DNA of 63,498 bases, the filler included, from Asterionella formosa (Eukaryota), in NCBI GenBank assembly GCA_002256025.1. It is 18 parts of 18 records of this genome, joined end to end, with 100 filler letters (N's around TTAATTAATTAA, not from the genome) between each part and the next. Parts side by side here need not be neighbours in the genome. Positions count along the whole stretch, not along the records: positions 1 to 20,724 come from NKIB01003267.1; 17 more parts are not named here. The stretch is one strand, 5' to 3'. The translations under genes and the position numbers were made by a program. A model generated the notes under the pieces. It searched no databases. It saw nothing but the letters and a program-made list of their open reading frames with translations, and was not told the origin of the DNA. Of this stretch, positions 1-12,145 are shown one piece after another. The stretch's first letter is position 1. Every line of letters begins with the position of its first letter.

Positions 1-182
1 CTTGTCTCAATGCTCTTGATGCATGCCTCCTGCCTCCCTTCAATGCTTGTGAGGATGCATGCCTCCCCCGCTTCCCTTCAATGCTCTTAAGGATACATGC
101 CTCCCGCTTCCCTTCAATGCTCTTGAGAATGCGTTGCATCCTGCCTTCAAATCTCTTGATGCATGCCTCCCACCTCCCTTCC
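1..182 (-). repeat. Degenerate 33-36 bp tandem repeat (about 5 units), probably a decayed coding repeat
   Basis: The unit CCCTTCAATGCTCTT..GATGCATGCCTCC recurs. The minus strand reads as repeated EACI(L)KSIEG(K/R)R peptides with a frameshift. Confidence 0.7.
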
Positions 183-1181
183 ACTCAGATTCTGAAACTC
201 ATCTCACTTCATGCTGCAAATCCCATTTTCTTTTGATCCGATTCTGTTTTATCTATTTTGATTTCCTAATCATAACAACAATGAGAAGGAATTACTCGCT
301 TGTTAGCCATGTCTTGTTTATATCTCAACACTGCAGTCCCATTTTAGCATGCTCCACTTACCAGAAATCGATGAACTTTTCGCATAATTCTGTAGAATAA
401 TGTGTCAGTCAATGATCACATAAGTACAAATCAATAAACCGTTCCACCAATGTCATTTATAACTTACAACAAAAATCTTTGATTAAAATTATCCTGAAAG
501 ATTGAAAAACAAACATGTGTCAGTGATGTTCTAACAGTGGCTCATTGATCCAACAAGAGCATTTACAAGTTTTTGATCGACATTGGTGGTATCCCGCTGA
601 ATGCAAAATGTGCTTTTGAACTGTTAGGGAAGGAGGCAATCATTTTGTCTTTGTGAACCCAACAATTGATCACCTTGGCATGTACTCTTGACATACCATA
701 GCTAGATTCCATTCACTTTTCCATTTTCAATCCTTGCTTCTAAGCCGCAAGGTTTATCATCATTGTGTGCGTTGAAGCGTCATCCTTTCAGTTTTCCTTG
801 CTTGTCACAGGGCAGAGATTATCTTTCATTTCAGGATCATGTGGTACCGGTAGGCATAACAAGGAACCTCTAAACATGATTTCAAATGTATAGGCTATGT
901 AAACATTTATAAAAATTTGAAAACAAATAAATTTATACACATAATGTTAATACTATCATCAATTAAGGTTATAAATAATTCAAATATATACAATGCATGA
1001 GGATATCATTGTTTTCCATGACCTGATGTACTGTCGTTGAATTTTTCCGCATCAATTCTTGTACCTACAAGTAAGTAATTTAATTAAGCCCCTCAATTAG
1101 CGGGAGTCATACGAAATTTTTCATATGGTACAAATCATAAAATATTGAACGGTAGATGAATCGCTCGAATTAATCGTTATG

Positions 1182-1514
1182 AATTACAGATCATACCTCC
1201 TGGTTAGAAATGATTGCCAATAAATAAGATCACAGATGACAATATAAGATCACAGATGACAATTTTTAGCTTTTTTGATCTTACTTTTAACATAAATATA
1301 TCTTACTACTAAAAAATTACAGATCATACTTTGATTAGATACGATTGGCAATAAATAAGATGACAGATAACAATTTTTAGCTTTTTTGATCTTACATTTA
1401 ACATGAATATATCTTACTACTAAAAAATTACAGATCATACTTTCTGGTTAGATATGATTGCCAATAAATAAGATCACAGATAACATCTTTTAGCTCGTTT
1501 GATCTTACTTTTAA
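1182..1514. repeat. Tandem repeat of about 111 bp, 3 copies
   Basis: AATTACAGATCATAC starts at 1182, 1315 and 1426. The first unit carries an extra internal duplication of ATAAGATCACAGATGACAAT. Confidence 0.9.
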
Positions 1515-1569
1515 CCTAAGTACGAGGTGACATTAGATATCAATGGCACCTTGTTTTTTGTACGAGAAC

Positions 1570-3135
1570 TGTTAATATCTGCATATGATGCTCCATACAT
1601 GCGCCATACAAACCATACCGGCGCAGCCACCAGATTAGGTACATGCGTGAGTGCTAACAACGATGTACTCGAAACAGCAATAGAATAGTCATAATATTGT
1701 AGTTCACCTTTATTCACGAAAAGGTTCCCCTCAACAGAACTACAATATCTGTTATCTCTCCCTTGTCTGCACCTGTGACGTTGCGGCTCTTGTCAGTGGT
1801 GCAAACCAGCACCGTTCTCAACAATCAACTGTACAGCACCGCTTGCCCGTTCGCTTTCCCTGTCTCTCGGGCCTTCTTCCACCATGACGACTACAATTGT
1901 TTCAGCTGTTTTCCCATTCCCTCATCCGCTCTTGACGCCGATCGAGGGCAAACCTACAGCCCTCACTGTAACTCACCTTCGCAAGGAACTCTTTGCCAAC
2001 GCTCGCTCTGTCCACTGTGCCAGTGGTGGTGGTGCCAATGGTTATTGTCATGGCTGCTGCTCCTTATCGTTTACGTGCTGGTGAACCCTTTTTACCGCCC
2101 GAACATCCTGGCACCCAGCCGCCACACAGCGCTACTGCAACACAGTCCCAAATCACTGCTGCCAACCGTCTCTTTGACACCTCCCTTGACGCATTCCGCC
2201 GTTACTCCCAAATCCGTGAAATTCTCCGACAACAAATTCTAACAGCCATTGACCCAACTTACTACAACGTTCTGGAAGTTGCTACATTTGGATATGCAGA
2301 CATCACTGTTCTGACCTTGCTTGCTCACTTAGAATCTTCATATGCAACGTTGAGTGTGGATGATTTAGAACTTAATCGCATACGCTTGGCTGATGCTTGG
2401 ACACCAGAGGAACCTATTGAACATTTATGGATCCGCATCAAAGATCTTCGTGCCGTTGCCGATGCTGGTGGGGAACCTTTATCTGACAGTAATGCGATTG
2501 ACTCTTTCTGCTTTAGAACAGGCTGGTGTATATTCTCATAGTATTTAAACTTGGCGTGATCACGCTGAGATGGACCGTACATGGGTTAATTTTTGCCCGC
2601 ATTTCATGCATGCTGATAAGGAACGATTGCGCCTTGCCACCGCCACCACCGCCGGTTCTCATGGTGCCCATACTGCCATTCAAACCAGTGGCCCTCCCCC
2701 ACTGCCAGGTATTGCTGCAGCTGCTTGTGCTGTCCCTTCTGGATACACTTACAACAATGTCCAATTAGGCTATTGTTGGACTCATGGTCTCACCAAAAAC
2801 CCTTACCATACCAGTGCAACTTGCAATCATCCAGCTTCTGGCCATCAACTCACTGCCGCCCTTGATCGACATATGGGTGACAGCGTCTGTATTTTCAGTG
2901 ATGGTACCTGTCCCACCCGGCCACCCCGTGTTTCACCGCAACCTTCACCACTTGCTTGATGTGGAGGGGAGCAAGTTGCTGTCGATAATACTATTACCAC
3001 AGAATTATCTCCCATCACTTTTCCCCCCGTCACACTCATTGCTGATTCTGGTAGTTCTGGCAATTACGCCACTGTTGATTTACCTGTCATCAACAAACGA
3101 CCTACCACCAACCCTATCACCATTCAACTTGGTTC
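1570..3135 (+). mobile_element. Truncated, degenerate Ty1/Copia (diatom CoDi-like) LTR retrotransposon: 5' LTR, gag and start of protease
   Basis: Putative LTR TGTT(1570)...AACA(1736). Gag is split over frameshifted ORFs 1884-2084, 1993-2541 and 2570-2959, with FPHPLLTPIEGKPT...ELFANARSV..GGGANG and the knuckle YCWTHG..H.S.TC.HP..GH. Aspartic protease motif LIADSGSSGNY lies at 3035-3067. Confidence 0.85.
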
Positions 3136-3574
3136 AGCTTTTTTTCTTCTTCTTTCGGTCTTCGATTTTGTGGTGATGGAAAGTCAATGTTGCCAGTGTA
3201 AGTACACTACGATGATTTACAATGCATACGTCTCCATTTAAACTCCAATTTTTCACTTCATTTCTAACCCAAATTTTTTTCTATTTCTCATTTGATGCAA
3301 CTTATTACATCGCATTTCATACTTTGGTTGCTGCAAACATCATGCTCAATTTTCATTGATGTTGCATGTTGTTACAATCATTCTCGTGTGTTTTATGCTT
3401 GTTGTACCATCCTATGCATATTCCCGTTATTCTGGCTGTCATGCTAAAAATCGGCAATTTTTATGCCGAAAAATTCGATGTGCCCCATATTGCCCTTAAA
3501 TAAAAATTACTTAGAGCCTAAAAATTCCTTAGAAGTACCCAAATGGCAAGACGATAGCTGGAGCATGAATTGCC

Positions 3575-3780
3575 CATGGATGTTTAATGTCTGATCAGAG
3601 CTCAAACTCGATTCGACGAAATGGTAGTCGCGCTTACTTTTCAAGAAGTACGCGAACTTCGCAGAAGAACGTGCGACTAGAATTTTGCAAGATTAAAAAA
3701 AAACAGGGAGGTCTGTGGACGATACACATAAGGAATTTTCATCTTAGCGAGGAAGTACGGAGTTTCCCATACCTCCCTGA
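3575..3780 (+). repeat. Dispersed repeat of about 200 bp, copy 1 (copy 2 at 13351-13543)
   Basis: Shared blocks TGGATGTTTAATG..ATCAGAGCTCAAACTC, TACTTTTCAAGAA, GCGACTAGAATTT, GAGGTCTGTG.ACGATACACATA and TAGCGAGGAAGTACG occur in the same order in both copies. Confidence 0.85.
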
Positions 3781-3929
3781 GAGGTTGCAGCTGCTGTTCT
3801 CCATTTAGGTAGAGGAGAATGCAAAATGACGTTGTTGTTATATATTTTACCAAGACAAAAAAATCTATTCGGACACTAAATGAATCTGCCGACAGAAATA
3901 CTTTCTAATACCTGTATACATATATAAAA

Positions 3930-4171
3930 GGTGATGCCAGCTGAATGTAGTGAAAATTAATTTAGCTTTTTTATTCCATTTCTCGTCGACAGCAACCTTT
4001 GGGACCAAATACGGAAGTAATGCTAGCTAATTGACGAGTTCAAAGCCCGATCATTATTGGTAAGTACATAAATCGCTACAACATTGCTTGAATAATTATG
4101 TTCGTATCTAGTATATTAAGCTCAAAACGTGAATTTACTCGATTTAACGTTGACTCTCAGTTTTTAGGTGG
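3930..4171 (-). mobile_element. End fragment of a TA-flanked MITE family (terminus CCACCTAAAA)
   Basis: Ends TGACTCTCAGTTTTTAGGTGG|TA. It is homologous to 6751-7017 (GATGCCAGCT, CGTCGACAGCAACCTTTG) and, in reverse orientation, to 53436-53700. Confidence 0.65.
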
Positions 4172-4339
4172 TACCATTATGAATTGGTAGTTGATACCGG
4201 TATGCATACAGGGATGCAAGATGTATGTACTACGTCATACTCCTATGTATGATGCATACCGATATTTGCCACAAAAGTGCATTTCTGTACATTCATATTA
4301 GTAGAGAAATGCATTTAACCTAGGAGATTTCTGGAATAA

Positions 4340-4596
4340 GGAGTCTTGAAACTCAAAATGGCGATTGAGGGGAAAACCCCCCAATCCAAAACCCCCTAAT
4401 CGTAGCAAGGTTCGGAAACTGGTTTTTTCAGAAAATTATACTTTAAAAATTAGATTTTGATAATAATAAAATTTATTGGCCAGCGCGAAATCGTTAGAAT
4501 TTTCTAAATGTCTAAGTAATATTACCGGGGAGTCAAATATGAGTGCTTGCTGGCGCCGCGTGTTCCATTTTTGGCAAAATGACCGCAACTTGCAGG
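4340..4596 (-). mobile_element. End fragment of a TA-flanked element family (terminus CCTGCAAGTT)
   Basis: Its reverse complement aligns by eye to 11464-11700. It ends CAAAATGACCGCAACTTGCAGG|TA, and the same terminus occurs at 19598. Confidence 0.7.
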
Positions 4597-4737
4597 TAAC
4601 CTGGTACCTGGAATTATCACCAATGATAATAAGCTACCTGGTACCGGTGGGTCTACACGGTACCTGGTACACTCAGTATTCCTTCTCTGTATGGACACCG
4701 GTATATGGGTGGCATCGGCCAACACCAAAGAAAATGT

Positions 4738-5263
4738 TTCATGTGCATCCAGTGTGGCTGGCATGGGATTGCAAGACCTCGCAAACCGTGCCGATCGAAC
4801 GGATATAAGTATACCAATCAGAATATGAATAATACAGCTGGCAATTACAATGGAACTTTTTGTACACGAGGTTTTACAACTAATAATTTTAGCACAAGAC
4901 TACCATTCCGATGATGACGTTTCGCGATTAGTGATTCTGATTCCGACATTTTCGAGACCGTTGAAAAGGCCGATATTGTCAAATTTTTGGACGTCGATAG
5001 CTCAACGTTGGCAGGGTTTGAAGAAGAGTTCAGTACATAGGTAATCTTCATATGATAGCCCTAGAAGTTAACTTTCGGTGAGAAACTGCAGAAAGGAACT
5101 TCTCGCTTTTTTTACTAGGCCAAATAAACGAGTTGGCCCGGAAAAATCCACTATTTTTAGCACATTTATAAAACCGAAGTTCCTTTTTGCAGTTTCTCAC
5201 CAGATCCTATATCCTGACGATATATAGCGTTTACCTATGCCCTACTTCGATAAATCACTGTAT
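4738..5263 (+). repeat. Non-coding repeat family, copy A (copy B at 7117-7646), with an internal inverted repeat
   Basis: Shared blocks AGTGTGGCTGGC, ACCAATCAGAATATG, GTTGAAAA.GCCGAT and GAGAAACTGCAG. The inverted arms are 5077-5102 and 5176-5201. Confidence 0.7.
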
Positions 5264-5267
5264 TTAA

Positions 5268-5725
5268 GGTTCCTGCATTTGAACCCCTAGCTCGAGGTAG
5301 GGTTTAAAAAATAATATTAAGTCAGAGTAGTCAAACATGTACTTCATACGAGAAAAACGTAAATGTATATCGCTACACGGAGCTTTCACCAAAACACACC
5401 CTTTCCATATGCTTAAATTCATCAAACATTTTTCGGAGAGCCGCCGGGTCTTGCATGTGATACATATTTGTTCATCCGAGTAGGTATACTATTGGTAGAG
5501 TACCTGGTAGCTATATATACATTCAGCGATGCAGAATCTATTTATACATATTTAATGCATTTGAAATGGAATCTATACACGTACGCGCGAATTTCCACTC
5601 ATTTGAATATTTCAAACGGAATCATTGATATTCAAAATTAGCACATAAAAGTTCTTAGTTCCAGGGAATTTCGGCAAACCTAAGCAATATTTTAATTTTT
5701 GCCTAGGGGTTCAAATGCAGGAACC
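5268..5725. mobile_element. Non-autonomous DNA transposon with TTAA target duplication and GG...CC termini (Kolobok-like)
   Basis: Perfect 23-bp TIR GGTTCCTGCATTTGAACCCCTAG (5268-5290 and 5703-5725), flanked by TTAA at 5264-5267 and 5726-5729. Confidence 0.85.
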
Positions 5726-5729
5726 TTAA

Positions 5730-5877
5730 GCATAGTATGGAAAGGGTGTGTATTGGTGGAAGCTCCGTTTAGCGATATCCATTTACGTTTTACTCTTAAG
5801 AAGTCTTTGCTTGACTACTCTGACTCAATATTATATTTTTAACCCTACCTCGAGCTAGGAATTTAAATGCAGGAACC
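5730..5877 (-). mobile_element. Inverted partial copy of the left end (about 150 bp) of the TTAA element
   Basis: It is the reverse complement of about 5268-5415 with scattered substitutions and ends AAATGCAGGAACC. Confidence 0.85.
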
Positions 5878-6268
5878 TTCGAGGCTCATCCTCCTTTTAA
5901 GGTTGCGTCCCCGGCTTAACCCTAGTTTGGAGAAGATAACACTAGGGTTATAAAAACGGCGTGGAACAGGGAGTTTCCTACTATGAATTCCCATGATTCG
6001 AGTGTCCATTTGAATATTTGAATTAAAAAGGAATCGGCGCCAGATTGATAGAGTTCCATTTTAAACAAACAAAAATGATATTTAAAACAAAAATGATATT
6101 TAAACGTTTATACTATATCAACATTGCTGAATGTAGACATGATTTTGCTCAACGCCAAAACACATATATAAATCAGGAGTATGCCAACATGTATGCTCAT
6201 GATTCGTGTTTATACGTTTTATTGAATCTACGCTACTGTATAATGGTTTAATAAAGATCAGCACAGTA

Positions 6269-7017
6269 CCACTTAAAAACTGTAAACCACCATTATTTTA
6301 CTCCATCTTCCGACTAAAAAATATTCAAGTCATATAACAATCGAAACCTGATACAAGTACGAAGTGTATGTTACACGATGCATTCTATTTTACGAATAAG
6401 TAATCAGTTTCGATTCAGTGTATAAAGCCATGAAGATCTAATTTTTTAAACTCATAAAGATTGTTGCATAGCTGTGGCTTACAGTGCATATTTTTCTATC
6501 CATACATGAGTATATTTCCCCCCCCCCCCAAACCGTGATTATTTTTACTCAGTTTATACTACAGAAATTCTTTTCGTATTACTTTACCTTTTTTGCGCGA
6601 TGCAGTATGCTTTTTGCGCTTGCATCATCACCAAATGCTTCTGATGCATAATGTATTCGAAAGCACAATGTCGTCGTACAAACATTTAATAATACTAAAT
6701 TAATTCTATGGCCAGAATTTCTCCATATACATGTGCACGTGTAGAAAGACGATGCCAGCTCAATAGAGTCAATATGAAATTTTCCATTTTTCGCAATTTC
6801 GCGTCGACAGCAACCTTTGCGCCGTAATAAGTAGGTAACAACTTACACAATGCAAAAATACAAGTACGTACGTATTTACTCGCTATATAAATCTGAACAA
6901 CTCCTTCGTGACAATAATTAACGTATCTTCCAAACTAAGTTCAAACCGTGTGTTTACTCCGTTTAGCGGTGGCTTACAGTTCAAAAGTCGTCATAGTGGT
7001 GGCTTACATTTTTTTGT
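6269..7017. mobile_element. MITE-like element of the TA|CCAC(C/T)TAAAAACTG family with degenerate TIRs
   Basis: Starts TA|CCACTTAAAAACTGTAAACCACC. The right end TGGTGGCTTACATTTTTT is a decayed inverse, and the 3' part is homologous to 3930-4171. Confidence 0.55.
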
Positions 7018-7116
7018 ACCGGTAGTACATATTCTCGGTTCATGATGATGGAAGACAGGATGAAACTAGTACCGGTGTACCGGTACTGATTTTACCTGCT
7101 GGTATGGTACATCTAA

Positions 7117-7646
7117 TACATGTGGTTCAAGTGTGGCTGGCGTGACTTTACAAGACCGGAATACTTCAGCCAATCTGGAGCAGGTAATTAAATTCAATTC
7201 AACCAATCAGAATATGTGTAGTGTCGCGGCAACGTACCCTCGAGTCTTTTCGGACTGAGAGTTAAGCAGGAAAAAAAACCTACGCAAGACTCTAAGTCTA
7301 CGAGAACATTTTGCACACACAAATTCCGATTCCAATATTTTGGACTGTTGAAAAAGCCGATCGGGTCGACTTTTTTGAGGAGGATTGCTCTACATCTGCG
7401 GGGTTTCATCAAGATAAAAGTAGATAGCCGTGTACCCTATAACGTCAGGAGCTAACTTCTGGAGAGAAACTGCAGTTATGTATCACAGATTTTTAGAAAA
7501 GCTTCGTAGCCCCTTTTTTGACTATTTTTGCGATAGTTTCGATTCTACGATACATAACTGCAGTTTCTTTCCAGAAATGAGGTCCTTACCATATCCGAAG
7601 ATAGAACATCCCCCAAAGTCGACCCATGACTGTATCTCAGCATGTA
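7117..7646 (+). repeat. Non-coding repeat family, copy B, with an internal inverted repeat
   Basis: Homologous to 4738-5263 and bounded by TACATG...CATGTA. The inverted arms are 7457-7484 and 7549-7576. Confidence 0.7.
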
Positions 7647-9634
7647 CAATGTGGTCGTATTGGTGAAAGCTAATTTTACCCTTAACTATTTTATGTACTT
7701 GTACGTAATGTGTGGATTGAGGTACATCATATAATTATTTTGGAAAAAAACGGACCTCGCAATGTGTAACTGCAGGGCCGCAACCTAAATGAAATTCAAA
7801 CTCAAAATATTTTGGATGCATGTTTAGCAGGTGCATCATATGCAGGTTGAGCTACTATTCATTGTATATTACGTATTTCACCAGGAGCATGGGTTTTCCA
7901 ACGTGATATGATATTAAATATTCCTTTGATTACAGATTTACAATTAATAAAAGTGATATCATACCACTGCTCTTACTGGTTGTGTTGTCAGTCAAAAGAG
8001 CACCATCAGGTATGCCTTCGTGAGTGGGTATGGCATTTACCTTGTTCATGCAGGGAGAAGAGGGGCTCATGAGGGGTGGTGAGGGGATTGGAATGCAAGT
8101 TGGCTTGCAGAATTGGTCGATGTGGGGCCATATTCATTGTATCTGTATTGTGGAATGCTGGCGTCAATGGTGAATAGTGGATCCATAAAGTTTGTATTTT
8201 AAGAGATTGAGAATGTATGGTCAAAAATCACCAGAAGGCATCAAAACACATTGTACTGGCCCAATCATTTTATATTTATGCTACAAATGGGAAATCGGCA
8301 TTATTAGGTCCAAAATGAGATAGGAGGAGACTTTTGGAATAACACGTGATGGCCTTGAGAACTACGTGCTAGGTTCAACTATTTGAGGCAATCAAATCAA
8401 AGTTCATAGATGGGAGCTTGGGTGTGAGTGCAACGGATATGGATAGCAAAGTTTGGGGAAGAGTCAAAGCTTTGACATGCAGGAGATCTGAAGTTGTGTG
8501 CTGGTCCTTCAATTACAACAATTTCTTTAAGCAGCAATTGTTGGGTTCGACTCCCACACTCATTACTGTCCCGCACGGTCTTGCATGGTGTGTAAGAAAT
8601 AATGGGTTTCCCACTAAAACAGATTGTTATGCTTTCCGTTGGGGTTTCCCTTAATGCTTTGGCTTCTATGACAACCACCTTTCATGAAAGCTGGTTGGGG
8701 ACTCACCTACCATGCAGACCAAACTAGGGAAGCACAGGTCTTGTTGGCAGGTAGCACAATGAATACTTGATTAGAAATAGGGGAGGACGACTGGGCTATA
8801 AAACAGATTATCATTTTTGAATGCCTGTCTGGTGCCACATAGTACTGTATTAGCCTGTTTTTCCAAAATGACTTGAACTTCTTGCGGGCATGCAATCATT
8901 CATGATGACTAGCTTTGTACACGGTGCAAATTAATTACTAGTGCATTAGCTTCCACTTCCAGTAGAATTTTCCTGAGAATAGAAAATTGAGTATACCGCC
9001 CACAGCCATCAACACAATCAACATCTGCTGGATGTACGACTGATGTTTGCTTCACTGGTATGTGTAGTTCCGTTATACATAGCAATAATATACCGGTATA
9101 TGATTTTTGTAGGTGAGACGTAAGGCAAAATCAAACAAGGACATATGTGCAGATGAGCACACTCCTAAGTAAAAGCTGACAATTAGCTCTGTTTCACATC
9201 AAAGTCCTGCAAGCAGGCGGTTGTGATGGTCGAAGGACTAGCCAAATGGCAGGAGAGGGGAGGTTTTACAAATATGGATTCGGCTTGGTTTAGTTACCTC
9301 ATTGTCTTGTGGATTCAATTCGAATTAGCCATGTGAAGGCTTCTATGCCGTTCAGGCCAATTTTTTACGATCCCCCCATCCATGACCCAGTCAGAACCTG
9401 AGAACTACGATATTTGAGTCCTCCGAGTCATTCTGAATCCGGGTTACTTGGAACAGAAATAGTCAGTCACACGTAGAAACTTAGCTACACATATTACGAA
9501 ATTCTAGGACTATTTTAATCGATGTAGTAAAAGTAGTACTAATAGCAACCATGCTATGCATGTCTGACCACATCGACGCAGTTAATGATGGGGACTGAGG
9601 CGGAACCAGGGAATCTTGATACAGTATAAACAAA

Positions 9635-10195
9635 ATGGTCAATCACATCGACTTGGTAAAAGTCCGTCTCCATCAATCTTATCCCTTGAAAATGTCGGCA
9701 AGGCCGACGTGTCAGCTATTTGCTTCCGATTTTGAGGGAAGTACATCGAGGGCGATTCTTGTCCTGACGTTCGGGACCTGTTTCTGTTTCAGCTTCCTGT
9801 ATCTTGATCTAGTTGCCGCTTTTATCCTGGCTGCCATCATAACGACTTTAGCGATTGTAATTAGAGAACGATTAATTTGTAATCAGCGCAGACTGGACGA
9901 AGAAATATTGAACATAGAAGCGCATGCGGCTGCAACGATAGAAGAACCTCAAGACGTTCCTCTCAATTTTGGCGCCCTCGTGATTCGAACAATGGAAAAG
10001 CAAGAAGAGTTGCCGATTTGCGAAATATGCCTGGAAGCCATGGAGGAAGGAGAAACTGTCGCAAGCGCGCCAAATAAAGAATGCATTCACTCTTTTCATA
10101 ATGATTGCATCATACAAGCTTTGGAACGTCAGCCAACTTGTCCGTGCTGCCGGAGGGAATACTTGAAAATAACGGAGGACGACGTGTCAAAATAA
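9635..10195 (+). CDS. Transmembrane RING-H2 (ATL-like) E3 ubiquitin ligase family protein, paralog 1
   Basis: Hydrophobic N-terminal segments followed by CEIC...CIHSFHNDC...CPCCR (C3H2C3 ligands). The start may instead be the ATG at 9692. Confidence 0.85.
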   Translation: MVNHIDLVKVRLHQSYPLKMSARPTCQLFASDFEGSTSRAILVLTFGTCFCFSFLYLDLVAAFILAAIITTLAIVIRERLICNQRRLDEEILNIEAHAAATIEEPQDVPLNFGALVIRTMEKQEELPICEICLEAMEEGETVASAPNKECIHSFHNDCIIQALERQPTCPCCRREYLKITEDDVSK

Positions 10196-11463
10196 AAAAG
10201 CGGAATCGCCGGGACAATGATGGCAACCGATGGTATGATGGCATTGTTCATGTGCTTTAAGTGGATCTGTATGTATTCTGAACCCTTCCCTTAACGTCGT
10301 TTCAAGTTTCGAGTGACTCACTATTAATGTTATTCTGGCAAGCGACAAGATCCCTGGTGGTCATTAGAATATTGAAGAGTACACTTAGCCAGCATGTCAA
10401 GTCGTACTAGGGTCCAGCAACTGCACCACTATATCACGCATTTAAATACTGCGGGCTGCACTAGCTAATGCCAGTAGTTAGATGAGTATCTGAAAACACA
10501 GCCAAATCATTTGGCTGGCGTTCTGTAAAAGTTCTCCTATTAAATCTCGTGACTTCACTGTAATTAGCGATATATATACATATACTGCAAGAAATAGTGG
10601 GTGGCCCACACCTCCCGTGGAGGTCAGAGTTTCCCCCAACGTTCTTGGTTCATAATTAAAATCAAATTTTTTTAAAGTACATTACTACAAATGAAACTTG
10701 CAATTGTGACTGCGTGGATACCAAAGAAAGGTCAGTCTTGCTTCTTCTGTACCCAAGGTCTATGCTCATATCCACATTTCCATAACATATATGAATATCT
10801 AGTAAACTTCTAGTTGTCACATAACGGTAGCTACACCAGTAGCAGCTGTCCAACATGGCGAAATGCCCGTACCTTCATCAATTCAACAAGTATACCAGCA
10901 GATGACAACAACATTCCTACCGCAACAACAACAATAAAGTACAATAAGAGAATCATCAGGAACACTACAATTGCGCATTATCCAGCCGCACTACAAACAA
11001 GCAAGGAACAGCAAATCCACTTGATTGATTCAAGCGTCATTTCAAGAAACCATGGCAAATGACACTCAATAGACAGCAGCTTCAATATGAATTCAAGAAA
11101 TATACCAGCAGATGACAATAATGTCCCTATAGCGACTGCAACAACTAATAAGGTAAAAAAATAGACCCGTCCTTGAGAGCCAGAGCATAACAATAAGAAA
11201 AAAATAAAACTATATAGACACAATATTGCTCTTTCGTATCTTCTTTTTACTTTGTGTTTGAATGATGAATGAAGCATGTTTTAATTATCGTTGTAAAGTA
11301 GTAGAATGTTCAATAATTAATGTTGTTTATGGATTGATTTACTTTGTAATGCTGTTTGCAGCAGTTCTGTCGATTTTTTGGTAACAGAAGCATTGTGTGA
11401 ATGTTGTGTGCCGTTTGTATGATTTCTCTATGAAATCATCAAGAAAGTATAATCAACCAAATA

Positions 11464-11700
11464 CCTGCAAGTTGCTTGCTGTCATTTTATTGAAACGCGG
11501 CGCTGTCAGGCACTCGAATTTGACTCCTTTGGAAATATAACATAGACATTTAGAAATTTCCAATGGTTTCGCGAAGTTCCATTAATTTCAATTTTATCAA
11601 AACAAAAAATTAAAAAAAATGATTTTCTGAAAAAACAGTTTTTGAACTTTTCTATGATTGAGGGTTTCCTCCCCCAATCTCAATTCTAACAGTCAAGATG
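11464..11700 (+). mobile_element. End fragment of a TA|CCTGCAAGTT family element
   Basis: Inverted homolog of 4340-4596. Confidence 0.65.
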
Positions 11701-12145
11701 TGAAAATATTTATTTATTGAATGAGAATTGATTGATTATAGCAACCAGCAATTTTTGTGATGGTGGATGCATATATCAGCGCCAACAAATGCGATGCTCT
11801 TTGCTTCTTTGGTAGTTGCTACCAAAAAACTATTTGAAAGTGTAAAAAACATTATTTAAATATAAATCGCGGACTTTTCATTTACTTATGTGGTGAAGCC
11901 AGCATATCATGGCCACCAAGCAACGTAGTTTTGCCATTAGTTTTTGGTCAATACATATTGCTGCAAACACTCATAATTATTGGTTTGAACAGAAATTATT
12001 TCGATAAGTGAAATAAAATTTTTTAGAACATATAAATTATGGTTTGACCCAAATTAAGTCCGAAAAAAGTGCCTTAATATTTTAGAAAAGTAACAAAAAT
12101 GCGTAACTTTAGACATAAATTCGAAAAATTGGTATAAACAGGGTC

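Noticed and set aside
1..182. CRISPR-like repeats of about 35 bp
   Set aside because: The units are adjacent and degenerate with no unique spacers, there are no cas genes, and the context is eukaryotic.
7990..9300. Possible gene remnant upstream of RING 1
   Set aside because: There are only short stop-riddled ORFs with no motif I can support.
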